From Armatimonadota bacterium (GTDB lineage: Bacteria; Sysuimicrobiota; Sysuimicrobiia; Sysuimicrobiales; Sysuimicrobiaceae): DNA of 64,000 nt. A model generated the notes under the pieces. It did no database searches and was not told the origin of the DNA. It saw nothing but the letters and a program-made list of their open reading frames with translations. How positions within the stretch are numbered: the first letter of the stretch is position 1; each line of letters starts with the position of its first letter. Below are positions 1-8,702 of the stretch, piece after piece. The stretch covers positions 65,588 to 129,587 of the forward strand of contig JANXCW010000001.1 in the NCBI GenBank assembly GCA_025059775.1, written 5' to 3'. A program made the translations under genes and the position numbers.

Positions 1-736
1 CGATGGTCCAGAGATCGTAGCCAGTGGAGGGCTGTCCTACCCCCACGGTGTACACCGTGACTTCCTGAGCCCGTGCAATGCCGGCGGCTTCCAGGGGATC
101 GATTCCGGTATTGCTGCGCCCGTCCGAGAGGAGGACGACCACCCCGGGCGGCCACCCACCTAGAGGCCTCCGGGGCAGGGATCCGCTCGGACTCGGACGG
201 CCCCTCCCGGGAAGAGCTGCCACGGCCTCCAGCAGCCCCTCCCCGATGGCGGTACGGGGCAGGAACTCCAGCCGGTCGATGGCGTCCAGGAGTTCCTCTC
301 GATCCGTAGTGGGTCGGACGAGCAACAGGGCGTAGCCGCCGAATGCCACGAGCCCCACCGGAATTTGAGGGGGAAGCGTTCGCACGAAGGATTTCGCGGC
401 CTCCTTGGCGGCCTCGAGCCGGGAAGGGAGGATATCCCGGGAGCGCATGCTCCCGCTTACATCCAGGCTGAGCATGATGGTGGAACGGTCCGCGGGGACC
501 GGAAGAGGGACCACGGGGCGACCAAGGGCCAGAAGGGAACCCGTCAGGGCTGCGAGGTACAGCCCCGCCGGCAGGTGCCGCCCCCTGCGTACCCTCCCCT
601 CCGCGGCGGCCAACCCGGGGAGAAGTGGGTGGGCGATGGCGCGCCGGGCGCGCCTCCGAACGGCCCACACGTACCCCCACCCCCCCAACGGAACCAGGAG
701 CATTCCCCACAGGAGCGCGGGCCACAGGAACCGCAC
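1..736 (-). CDS. VWA domain-containing membrane protein (BatA-like); 3' end runs off the window
   Basis: Manual minus-strand translation: VRFLWPALLWGMLLVPLGGWGY...TIMLSLDVSGSMRSRDILPSRLEAAKEAA (DxSxS MIDAS motif). Paralogue of 4206..5234. GTG start at 736 or 745. Confidence 0.85.
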   Translation of the reverse strand, partial: MRFLWPALLWGMLLVPLGGWGYVWAVRRRARRAIAHPLLPGLAAAEGRVRRGRHLPAGLYLAALTGSLLALGRPVVPLPVPADRSTIMLSLDVSGSMRSRDILPSRLEAAKEAAKSFVRTLPPQIPVGLVAFGGYALLLVRPTTDREELLDAIDRLEFLPRTAIGEGLLEAVAALPGRGRPSPSGSLPRRPLGGWPPGVVVLLSDGRSNTGIDPLEAAGIARAQEVTVYTVGVGQPSTGYDLWTI

Positions 737-755
737 GGTTAGCACCAGGGTATCA

Positions 756-1739
756 CTAGGGACGGGGGGCCAGCACCACCTCCACCTGCAGCCGCTCCAC
801 GGCCCGCACCACCCCGAGCCGCAGCCTCTGTCCGGGCTCGCGATCCCCCAGGACCAGGAGCAGGTCCTCCCACTGGGTGATCTCGCGGCCATCCGCGGAG
901 ACGATCACGTCCCCGACGGGCCCCTCCGGCCGGTCGGCCCGCAGCCCCACGGCCTCCGCGGGGCTGTTGGGGACCACGTCCAGGATCAGCACGCCGCGGC
1001 GCACGAAGAACCCTCTCCGCCGAGCCAGTTCCGGATCCAGCGTCATCCCCACGATCCCGATCCATGCCCGCTCCCGCCGGGCCCCTACCAGGAGGTCCGG
1101 AAGCACCTGTCGGATCACCGCGCTCGCCACCGCGAGCCCTCCTTCTTCCCCGGGCCGGTTGGAGACGGCGATGACGAGCCCCACCACCTGTCCGTGTAGG
1201 TTCACCAGCGGGCTTCCGGAATGGCCGGGCACGACCGTGGCGCTGCTCCGGACGAGGATCCCCGGCACCAGTCCGGGCAGCGTGGTGCCCGTGGCCAGCA
1301 CGTGGCCCGTCGTCATGGTGACCGGGCGGCCCCGGGGAGATCCGATCACCGCCACGGGATCCCCGGGCCGTAAACCGGCGGAGTCTGCGAGCTCCAGGGT
1401 GGGAAGCGGGGCACCGTTCGTCCGCACCACCGCCACGTCCCGCCGCGCATCGTAGCCCACCAGCTGAGCCTCCCGCTCGCTTCCTGACCAGGGATCCAGG
1501 AAGATCCGCTCCCGACCCCGTACCACATGGGCCGCGGTCAGGGCCACGTGCGGCTGAATGAAGAAGGCGGTACCCGTGGAGCGGCGGCCTTCGGAGAAGG
1601 TTCGCACGATGGCCACCGGGGGCCGTACCCGCTCGAACAGGGCCTGCAGATCCCCGGCCTGCGCCCGTAAGGGGGTAAGGTGTGCACCGAGCCCCGCACA
1701 GAGGATCAGGAGAGCGATCAGGGAACGACGGCTCCCCAT
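756..1739 (-). CDS. htrA: HtrA/DegP-family trypsin-like serine protease with PDZ domain
   Basis: Signal peptide, TAAHVV (His), DVAVV (Asp), GHSGSPL (Ser) and a C-terminal PDZ domain (WIGIVG...GDVIVSADG). Confidence 0.9.
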   Translation of the reverse strand: MGSRRSLIALLILCAGLGAHLTPLRAQAGDLQALFERVRPPVAIVRTFSEGRRSTGTAFFIQPHVALTAAHVVRGRERIFLDPWSGSEREAQLVGYDARRDVAVVRTNGAPLPTLELADSAGLRPGDPVAVIGSPRGRPVTMTTGHVLATGTTLPGLVPGILVRSSATVVPGHSGSPLVNLHGQVVGLVIAVSNRPGEEGGLAVASAVIRQVLPDLLVGARRERAWIGIVGMTLDPELARRRGFFVRRGVLILDVVPNSPAEAVGLRADRPEGPVGDVIVSADGREITQWEDLLLVLGDREPGQRLRLGVVRAVERLQVEVVLAPRP

Positions 1740-1742
1740 GCG

Positions 1743-2369
1743 TTACCGACTCTCCCGCCGCGCCACCAGATCCAGCTCCAGCTTCGCCTGGTTCTCCGCC
1801 CGCACGAACCCGAAGATCGTGGGCGGATCAAATCCGAAATCCGTCATGCGGATGGTGGTGGTCGCCTCCGCCCGCAGCTCCTGCCCGAGGAGCCGCACCC
1901 GGGCCTCCCACGTCACCGGCCGGGTCACCTCCCGGATGGTCAGCTCTCCCACCACCCGCAGCGCCACCCACTGCCCCTCCTGGTAGGCGCTGGGAGCGCC
2001 CCGGATCTCCGTAGAGACGAATCGGGCCTTGGGATACCGGGCCGACTCCAGCCAGCGCTGGCGGATGGCGTTGTCCCGGCGAGGGCTATCGGACTGCAGG
2101 GTGCTGATGTCCACCTCGATGGGGCCCACCCGGCTTGCGGCGGGGTTGCGCCGGTGGATCAGGATCTCGCCGCGGATCTCCCGCGTCCGTCCCACGGCTT
2201 CGTTGAACCGGTTCTCGCCCAGGAACGTCTCTCCGACCCGGTAGCGGGCTTCCGACTCCGAGGAGACCACCACGTACCGCTCCAGGCCTGCCTGCGGTGC
2301 CGTCAGGGCGTGGGCCGGCAGGCTCAGGAATACAGCCAGCGCGACAAGCCAAAGGGACAGCCGCTTCAT
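1743..2369 (-). CDS. YceI-family secreted lipid/polyisoprenoid-binding protein
   Basis: Signal peptide; SEARYRVGE...STLQSDSPRRDN...GELTIREVTRPV...MTDFGFDPP pattern of YceI. Start at 2369 or 2375. Confidence 0.85.
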   Translation of the reverse strand: MKRLSLWLVALAVFLSLPAHALTAPQAGLERYVVVSSESEARYRVGETFLGENRFNEAVGRTREIRGEILIHRRNPAASRVGPIEVDISTLQSDSPRRDNAIRQRWLESARYPKARFVSTEIRGAPSAYQEGQWVALRVVGELTIREVTRPVTWEARVRLLGQELRAEATTTIRMTDFGFDPPTIFGFVRAENQAKLELDLVARRESR

Positions 2370-2385
2370 GGACACCTCCTCCTGG

Positions 2386-2856
2386 CTAGGGTTCGGGCTC
2401 CAGGATCAGGTCGAACCGGGCCTCGGTGATCCCAGGACGCGGGTAGTGCTGGGTCACCAGCACCCGATACCGAGGCGCGGAAACCCGCACGTGGATGTGG
2501 GGAGGTCGCCCCCCGTATGCGGGCGGGAAGTGGCTCTCGAATCGATACATCCCCTCGAAATCCGCAAGCACCGTAGCCCGGTAGGCATCCCCGTAGCGCC
2601 CGTCCGGGCCGGCCAGCCAGAACTCCAACCGGGCGCCCGGTACCGGTCGACAGCTGGGCGCCCCCAGTACGCGTCCGGTGAGCACGTAGCCGCGGCCCAC
2701 CGACGTCCGCACCGGCGCACCCGGGCGGTAGAATGGGCCGAGCGCATCGGGAGGGGTAGGGGTGCACGTCTCCACCCTCGCGGCTGCCGTGGCCGCACCG
2801 TGGAGGGCGAGGCTCACGCCCGCGATACCGGCGAGAACCCAGGCGACCGACCGCAC
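2386..2856 (-). CDS. Secreted intradiol ring-cleavage dioxygenase-like protein
   Basis: GPFYRPGAP, LTGRV, LEFW..GPDGRY, PPAYGGRPPHIH motifs; N-terminal signal peptide. Confidence 0.8.
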   Translation of the reverse strand: MRSVAWVLAGIAGVSLALHGAATAAARVETCTPTPPDALGPFYRPGAPVRTSVGRGYVLTGRVLGAPSCRPVPGARLEFWLAGPDGRYGDAYRATVLADFEGMYRFESHFPPAYGGRPPHIHVRVSAPRYRVLVTQHYPRPGITEARFDLILEPEP

Positions 2857-2905
2857 GGATCGTCCCCTCCCACGAAGGCTCCCCGTGCTTTAGGCTACCG
2901 GCGAG

Positions 2906-2922
2906 TGTGAAGAGCCGATGAA
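2906..2922 (-). promoter_or_regulatory. Candidate OmpR-family direct-repeat box TTCA-N7-TTCACA, upstream of the dioxygenase-yceI-htrA-VWA operon
   Basis: Plus strand TGTGAAGAGCCGATGAA, 14/17 identical to 8033..8049. A -10-like TAGCCT (plus strand 2892-2897) lies 8 nt downstream. Confidence 0.55.
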
Positions 2923-2937
2923 TTTCCGGTGGGTCCC

Positions 2938-3285
2938 TTACTCCTTCCTGGGAGGGCTCGGATGCAGAGGGATGAGGCCCACCTGCCGGGGACCGGAGGG
3001 TTTACGCTGGGGGATGCGAGGGTGAAGGGAGAGGTCCAGGTTCAGGTCCTTCCCGCAGCCGCAGGTGATCCGCTGGACCTCCCCGGCGTTCACCCATACC
3101 TTTCCCTGGGACTCCGCCCGGGCGCGGAGGATATCCAAAGCCCCACTGCGGGCCTCCTCCTCGTCCTCCCGGGCCCCTTGCTCCCGGGTTCCATGGCCGT
3201 AAAGGGGGTACACCACCGCCTTCGGATAGTACACCGCGTACTCCTGACCGCACCGGCCGCATTGGAAGCTCAGCACAAGGGCCAT
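2938..3285 (-). CDS. Hypothetical zinc-ribbon-like protein (115 aa)
   Basis: MALVLSFQCGRCGQEY...ITCGCGKDL (CxxC...CxC), with a GGAGGG RBS upstream. Confidence 0.65.
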   Translation of the reverse strand: MALVLSFQCGRCGQEYAVYYPKAVVYPLYGHGTREQGAREDEEEARSGALDILRARAESQGKVWVNAGEVQRITCGCGKDLNLDLSLHPRIPQRKPSGPRQVGLIPLHPSPPRKE

Positions 3286-3321
3286 TCCGCACCCTCCCCC
3301 TGAATTGTATTGTAAGGCGGG

Positions 3322-4287
3322 ATGGCGCGCGTGGTTCCCGCAACCCCACAGACCATCGAGGAGGCCGCGGGGATCCTGAGGCGTGGGGGACTCGTGGCGT
3401 TCCCCACGGAGACGGTGTACGGGCTGGGGGCCAACGCCCTGGATCCCGTGGCCGCGGCCCGCATCTTTGAAGTGAAGCGGCGCCCTACCTTCGACCCTCT
3501 CATCGTGCACGTGTGCGATCGCGCTATGCTGGCACGGGTCGTCCTGGAGGTTGTGCCGGTGGCAGAAGTCCTGATCCGTCGGTTCTGGCCTGGCCCCCTC
3601 ACGCTCGTGCTGCGCCGGCGGCCTGAACTTCCCGGGATCGTGACGGCAGGACTCGACACCGTGGCGGTGCGCGAGCCCTCGCACCCAGTGGCCCTGGAGC
3701 TCATCCGGCGCGCCGAAACCCCGGTGGCCGCGCCCAGTGCCAACCCCTTTGGACGACTGAGCCCCACACGGGCGGAGCACGTGGCAAGGCACCTGACCGA
3801 AGGCGTGGATCTCATCCTCGACGCAGGTCCCACGCCGTACGGCATCGAGTCCACCATCGTCTCCGTCCTGCAGGACCCTCCGCAGGTTCTGCGGGTGGGT
3901 GCGATTCCCGTGGAGGAACTAGAGGCGGTGCTGGGATCGGTGGAGGTGGCCACCGTATCCCGCCGTCCCCGCGCCCCGGGACAGCTCCCCTCCCATTACG
4001 CCCCGCGCACGGGCCTTTCCATCGCCCGGGCCGAGGAGGTTCCCGCCCTGGCACGTCCTCGGAGTGCCTACCTCGCCTTCCGGCAGCCCCCGGAGGACGG
4101 ATTCGCCGCGGTGCGGGTGCTCTCCCCGCGGGGAGACCTGCGGGAAGCGGCCGCGCGCCTCTTCGACCTGCTCCACGAACTAGACGCCCTGGGGCTGGAG
4201 CGGATCTACGCGGAGCCCGTGCCCGAGGTGGGCCTGGGCCGGGCCATCATGGACCGGCTGCGCCGGGCCTCCGCGGCCAGAGAGTGA
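3322..4287 (+). CDS. sua5: L-threonylcarbamoyladenylate synthase (Sua5/TsaC with Sua5 C-terminal domain)
   Basis: VAFPTETVYGLGA, KRRP..DPLIVH, AAPSAN, GIESTIV and APGQL.SHYAP motifs. Confidence 0.95.
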   Translation: MARVVPATPQTIEEAAGILRRGGLVAFPTETVYGLGANALDPVAAARIFEVKRRPTFDPLIVHVCDRAMLARVVLEVVPVAEVLIRRFWPGPLTLVLRRRPELPGIVTAGLDTVAVREPSHPVALELIRRAETPVAAPSANPFGRLSPTRAEHVARHLTEGVDLILDAGPTPYGIESTIVSVLQDPPQVLRVGAIPVEELEAVLGSVEVATVSRRPRAPGQLPSHYAPRTGLSIARAEEVPALARPRSAYLAFRQPPEDGFAAVRVLSPRGDLREAAARLFDLLHELDALGLERIYAEPVPEVGLGRAIMDRLRRASAARE

Positions 4288-5234
4288 GCGGAAAACTGCC
4301 CCTCCAGGGGGGTGCGGCGCGCGTGCACGACCACCGCGCTCAAGAGGAGGAGGGCCGTCAGCAGGGCTCCCAGACCCGTCACCTCCTCCGGCCGGTGAGT
4401 CCATCCCACGGTCCGGGCGAGGTCTCGATACGCGGCCCGGAGCTCCCGCGCAGAGGCGGTGTGGTAGTAGCGCCCGCCCGTGTATGCGGCGATAGCCCGG
4501 AGCGTCTCCTCATCCAGCACTCCCCAGTATCCGCTCCGCAGCTGCGAGGCATCCGCCCGGGTGGCGATGCCTACCGTGTACACCCGCACCCCACGTTCGC
4601 GGGCGAACCGGGCTGCCTCCAGAGGGGGAATCCCGTCGCTGGCTCGTCCGTCCGAGAGCAGGATGGCAACGGCCTGAGGTGCACCGGATAGCAAACGGGC
4701 GTTCTCCCCCGGGGCCACGGCCCGGACGCCCTCCACGAGGCCGTTGCCCAGCTGCGTTCGCAGCTGGGTGGTGATCCCTGCGATCCCCTCCAGAATGCGT
4801 CCCCGGTCCGCGGTGAGGGGCACCACCACGCTCGCGTAGTTCCCGAAGGTCACCACGGCCACCCGCACACTTCCCGGCAGGGCTCGCACGAACTCCTGGG
4901 CCGCCCGCTTCGCCGCCTCGATGCGGCTTGGCGGGATGTCCGTCTCCTCCATGCTGCGGCTCACGTCCAGGATGAGAACCACGGGCCGGTGGGCAGGAGC
5001 CGGCCATGGAAGGTGCGGGCGCGCGAGGGCCAGGACCACGGTGGAGAGGGCAAGGAGGTACAGCCCCGCGGAGAGGTGGGCATCCCGGCGGAGCCCCGGG
5101 AGAGCAAGGAGGTATGGGAGGGAAGGGTGAGCGATGGCGTGGGCGGATCGGGCGCGCACCGCCCGGAGATACCACGCACCCCCTATGAGCACCAGGAGCA
5201 GGCCCCAGAGGGCCTCCGGCCATAGAAACCGCAT
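4206..5234 (-). CDS. VWA domain-containing membrane protein (BatA-like)
   Basis: LILDVSRSME MIDAS motif, LLSDG, VYTVG and DEETLRAIA..TGG.Y. Overlaps the convergent sua5 3' end by 82 nt. Confidence 0.9.
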   Translation of the reverse strand: MRFLWPEALWGLLLVLIGGAWYLRAVRARSAHAIAHPSLPYLLALPGLRRDAHLSAGLYLLALSTVVLALARPHLPWPAPAHRPVVLILDVSRSMEETDIPPSRIEAAKRAAQEFVRALPGSVRVAVVTFGNYASVVVPLTADRGRILEGIAGITTQLRTQLGNGLVEGVRAVAPGENARLLSGAPQAVAILLSDGRASDGIPPLEAARFARERGVRVYTVGIATRADASQLRSGYWGVLDEETLRAIAAYTGGRYYHTASARELRAAYRDLARTVGWTHRPEEVTGLGALLTALLLLSAVVVHARRTPLEGQFSAHSLAAEARRSRSMMARPRPTSGTGSA

Positions 5235-5242
5235 CCTCCCCC

Positions 5243-6415
5243 TCAGGACGGGAGTTCCACCACGAACCGGGCTCCCCGTGGCACCCGGTTCTCCGCCCGC
5301 ACCTCCCCGCCGTGGGATTCCACGAGCCTCCGCACCACCGCGAGCCCCAGTCCACTCCCCCCCGTCTCCCGGGATCGGGACCGATCCGCCCGGTAGAAGG
5401 GCTCAAAGATGTAGGGAAGGTCCCCGGGCGGGACCCCAGGTCCCTCGTCCTCAAGCTCAATCCGTATCCCCTGCGCGGTCCGCGAGACCCGGAACCGCAC
5501 GGCTCCCCCGGGCGGGGTGAAGCGAATCGCGTTGTGCAGGAGGTTCTGCAGCACCTGCCGCATGCGGTCGGGATCCACCTCTACCTCCAAGCCCGGCGAA
5601 GCCTCCAAGATCACCTGGACTCCACGTTCCTCGGCCCAGGGCTGCAGACCCTCCACGCAGGAAGCAGCCAGGTCTCCGAGATCCGTGGGGGTCCGCTGCA
5701 ATTGGAGTCGTCCAGCCTCCGCCAGGCTGAGATCCCGAAGGTCGCTGATGAGGCGAGCGAGGAGCGCGCACTGGGTGTGCAGGGTCGCGATGCGCTCCGG
5801 GGTGGGTTCCGCCACACCGTCCAGGAAACTTTCCAGGTTCGCCTGGATAATGGAAAGGGGAGTGCGCAGCTCGTGGGCCACCGCGGCCAGGAACTCCCGC
5901 CGTAGCCGTTCGTTGGTTTCCAGCCGCGCCGCCATGGCATTGAAGGCCTGAGCGAGTTCCCCGATCTCCCCGGGCCCGGGCTCCACGTGCTGTCGCAGAT
6001 CCCCTGCCGCGATGCGACCCGTCGCCTGCCGCAGATCCCTGAGGGGTCGGGTGAGCCGGTGCGCAAGCCAAACGCCCGCCAGCACGGCCACCGCGGCTGC
6101 CGTGGCGCCGCCCAGCCACAGGGACGCGTTGAAGGCCCGCAGGAACTTCCGCCGGGAGGCGTGGAAGAGCCGGTGGGTCCAGTTCGGCTGCCCGGTGCTG
6201 TAGAAGAGCTCGCGGATGTGCGGGGGTTGCTCCGTGATCCAGCCCACTTCTCCCCTCCGCACCCGCTCCAGGAAGCGCGTGAACTGTCGATCCATGATGT
6301 GCTGCGCCCAAAGGCCCACCAGGGCCACCGAGACCACGGCCACCAGCACGAAGGCCAGGCTAAGCTGTGCCCGAAGGGTCCATCCCCGCCCGCGGATCCT
6401 CCCGTCATCCGCCAT
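5243..6415 (-). CDS. HAMP-domain sensor histidine kinase (BaeS/CssS-like)
   Basis: Two TM segments, HAMP, H-box AHELRTPL, N-box NLLHNA, G1 DEGPG and G2 GSGLGL. Confidence 0.93.
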   Translation of the reverse strand: MADDGRIRGRGWTLRAQLSLAFVLVAVVSVALVGLWAQHIMDRQFTRFLERVRRGEVGWITEQPPHIRELFYSTGQPNWTHRLFHASRRKFLRAFNASLWLGGATAAAVAVLAGVWLAHRLTRPLRDLRQATGRIAAGDLRQHVEPGPGEIGELAQAFNAMAARLETNERLRREFLAAVAHELRTPLSIIQANLESFLDGVAEPTPERIATLHTQCALLARLISDLRDLSLAEAGRLQLQRTPTDLGDLAASCVEGLQPWAEERGVQVILEASPGLEVEVDPDRMRQVLQNLLHNAIRFTPPGGAVRFRVSRTAQGIRIELEDEGPGVPPGDLPYIFEPFYRADRSRSRETGGSGLGLAVVRRLVESHGGEVRAENRVPRGARFVVELPS

Positions 6416-7106
6416 CCGGCTGCCTCGCGAACTTGTACCCCACCCCGTAGACGGTGAGCACGTACCGGGGCTCTTTGGGATCCGGCTCGATCTTCTGTCG
6501 CAGGTTCTTGATGTGGGCGTCGATGGTGCGTTCCAGGCCCTCGTAGGAGTACCCGTAGACCCGCTCGATGAGCTGTACCCGGGTGAACACCTGTCCGGGA
6601 TGCGTGCTCAGAACCTCCAGCAGCCGCCACTCCGTGGGCGTGAGGCCGACGGTCCGGTCCTTCCACCGGACCTCCCGGGTGAGGTAGTTGATGTGGAGGT
6701 CGCCGAAGTGCGCCTCCTCCCGGCCGCCCCACCGGTTGCGGCGCAGCACCGCCCGCACCCGCGCCACCACCTCCCGGGGGCTGAAGGGCTTCGTGACGTA
6801 GTCGTCTGCCCCCAGCTCCAGCCCCGCCACCTTGTCCTCCACCCCGTCCCGGGCTGTGAGCATGATCACGGGCACCCGGGAAAGCTCCCGGATGGCCCGC
6901 ATCACCTGCCAGCCATCGAGGCGCGGAAGCATCAGGTCCAGCACCACGAGATCCGGGCTCGCCTCCTCGAAGGCCCGGAGGGCGGCCTCGCCGTCCCTGG
7001 CCAGCACCACCGCATACCCCTCCCGCTCCAGGTACGACCGCAGGAGCCGGGCGATCTCCGGTTCATCCTCCACCACCAGGATCCTGAGCATCCCCGGACC
7101 TTCCAC
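6405..7106 (-). CDS. OmpR/PhoB-family response regulator
   Basis: VVEDE, LDLMLP, MLTARD, DYVTKPF and winged helix RTIDAHIKNLRQK...TVYGVGY. Confidence 0.95.
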   Translation of the reverse strand: MEGPGMLRILVVEDEPEIARLLRSYLEREGYAVVLARDGEAALRAFEEASPDLVVLDLMLPRLDGWQVMRAIRELSRVPVIMLTARDGVEDKVAGLELGADDYVTKPFSPREVVARVRAVLRRNRWGGREEAHFGDLHINYLTREVRWKDRTVGLTPTEWRLLEVLSTHPGQVFTRVQLIERVYGYSYEGLERTIDAHIKNLRQKIEPDPKEPRYVLTVYGVGYKFARQPDGG

Positions 7107-7159
7107 GCGAGCCCCGCTCCCCTAGCAGCCTCCCACAGGCCCGGGCATCCGGTCAACGG

Positions 7160-7651
7160 TTACAGGTACGCGAGTAGCCGGCCGCAGACCACCACCCCGC
7201 CCCACAGGAGGAGGGAGAGGGCTCCGCTCGCCCGGGCAGCCCGCGGGACAGGCACGTCCCGGTCCCACGATTCCACGGTCCGGTAGACGCCGTGGTGGAA
7301 GACCGCACGATTCAGGCCCGCGGCCACGAGGAGCCCCATCTTCACCGGAAAGGCGGGACTCGCCAACCACTCCGACGCATGCGCCGTGAACATCCCAAGA
7401 CCACTCACCACCACCAGGGCAAACCCCCACCACGCCCAGGGGAGGAGATGGTGGGCCAGAAGGGAGACGGGGAGGTGCCGGGAGAGCCCCAGAAGCCGCA
7501 GATCGAAGAGCGCCACAGAGCCCACCAGAAGCGCGATCCCAACGAGATGCAGGATCTCCGCGGCCGGATACGCCCACAGAGCCTGCCGCATCCACGCCCC
7601 GAAGGCGCTGCGCTCCAGGGCAACGGCCCAGCCGGGGCCGGGATGGGTCAT
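7160..7651 (-). CDS. DUF6644-like four-helix membrane protein
   Basis: EILHLVGIALLVGS..LFDLRLLG...F.VKMGLL...N...F pattern. ATGA overlap with the upstream gene; start is internal to the 7160..8749 ORF. Confidence 0.7.
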   Translation of the reverse strand: MTHPGPGWAVALERSAFGAWMRQALWAYPAAEILHLVGIALLVGSVALFDLRLLGLSRHLPVSLLAHHLLPWAWWGFALVVVSGLGMFTAHASEWLASPAFPVKMGLLVAAGLNRAVFHHGVYRTVESWDRDVPVPRAARASGALSLLLWGGVVVCGRLLAYL

Positions 7652-8001
7652 CGCAGGGGAAGGGTCTGGCCCTCCAGAACGATCCGCAGGGCCCGCACCT
7701 CGTCCGGGCGGGTCCGGTGTGGGTAGGCGACCACTGTGGCCCGCGTTCCCGGCCGAAGGGCCTGCGGGGTCAACCCCATCCGTTCCGCCCGGGTGGGCGG
7801 CGGGAGCACCACCACCCATACCCTCTGCGGCGTCTCCAGCCGAATGATGACGTGCGGATGCTCGAAGGCTGCTTCCCGCACCAGACCCGTGAGCTCCACG
7901 GGCCGGTTCGCATCGTACTGGCTCCACCCATGGTGGGCGGAAGCTCCGGAACCCAGAAGCAGCACACCCACGAGAATCCACACTCCCCTGTGCAGGCGCA
8001 T
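7648..8001 (-). CDS. DUF6152-like secreted protein
   Basis: Signal peptide ending ASA, then HHGWSQYD...LTG.V....FEHPH. Confidence 0.7.
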   Translation of the reverse strand: MRLHRGVWILVGVLLLGSGASAHHGWSQYDANRPVELTGLVREAAFEHPHVIIRLETPQRVWVVVLPPPTRAERMGLTPQALRPGTRATVVAYPHRTRPDEVRALRIVLEGQTLPLR

Positions 8002-8032
8002 AACTCCCCTCGGGTTGATCCTCTCCCCCGTT

Positions 8033-8049
8033 TGTGAAGATCCCTTGAA
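8033..8049 (-). promoter_or_regulatory. Candidate OmpR-family box TTCA-N7-TTCACA, upstream of the DUF6152-DUF6644-RR-HK-VWA operon
   Basis: Plus strand TGTGAAGATCCCTTGAA; matches 2906..2922 at 14/17 positions. Confidence 0.55.
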
Positions 8050-8055
8050 GCCGGA

Positions 8056-8700
8056 CTACCGGTCCCGATTCCAAAGCCGCCGGAACTCCCGTCGGCGGCG
8101 CCACCGCCGGTATGCCTCGAGGGGGCTCGAGGCATATCGGCCTCCCCGGGCATACCACCACGCCACCCCGCATCCCGTGAGGGCGAAGACCCCGAGGGGG
8201 AACCGGAAGGAGAAGAAGACGATCACCACAGCGAGCAGCCCCAGCCATCGCCCTTCCACCGGAATGGCAAAGTACACCAGCAGCCGCTCGTAGGGGTTCA
8301 GAGTCGCCCACGCCACGGTGGCCGCGGCCACGGGCATCCACAGGCCTGCGAGCACCGCCACCCGGTCGAGGAGCGTAGCCCCGATCCACAGGCCCAGGGC
8401 GGTGGCGAGGGTAGTGAGGCCCAGAAAGATCAGGTAGTCTCGGCCTCCCCACGCCCGCTCGAGGCTTCCGCCCAGCAGCCAGAACACGTAGGCGCCCAGC
8501 AGCAGCCCCACGATGGCATCCGCGCCCGCGAGGGGGTACGTCAGAAAGCTCCAGGGGCGAGAGAAGGGGACCAAGGTCGTGAAGGCAAAGGCCTCGGGAA
8601 GCGGAAAGCCCAGGAAGTCCAGCAGGAAGGTGACGAGGTTTGTGAGGATGAGGGCCCAGGTAACAGGGCAGTCGCCGGGAAGGGATCTGCGGCCGTACAT
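8056..8700 (-). CDS. Rhomboid-superfamily-like membrane protein
   Basis: VTWALILTNL, PWSFLTYP, FWLLGGSLERAWG..YL.F pattern with multiple TM helices. No clear GxSG catalytic motif. Confidence 0.6.
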   Translation of the reverse strand: MYGRRSLPGDCPVTWALILTNLVTFLLDFLGFPLPEAFAFTTLVPFSRPWSFLTYPLAGADAIVGLLLGAYVFWLLGGSLERAWGGRDYLIFLGLTTLATALGLWIGATLLDRVAVLAGLWMPVAAATVAWATLNPYERLLVYFAIPVEGRWLGLLAVVIVFFSFRFPLGVFALTGCGVAWWYARGGRYASSPLEAYRRWRRRREFRRLWNRDR

Positions 8701-8702
8701 GA

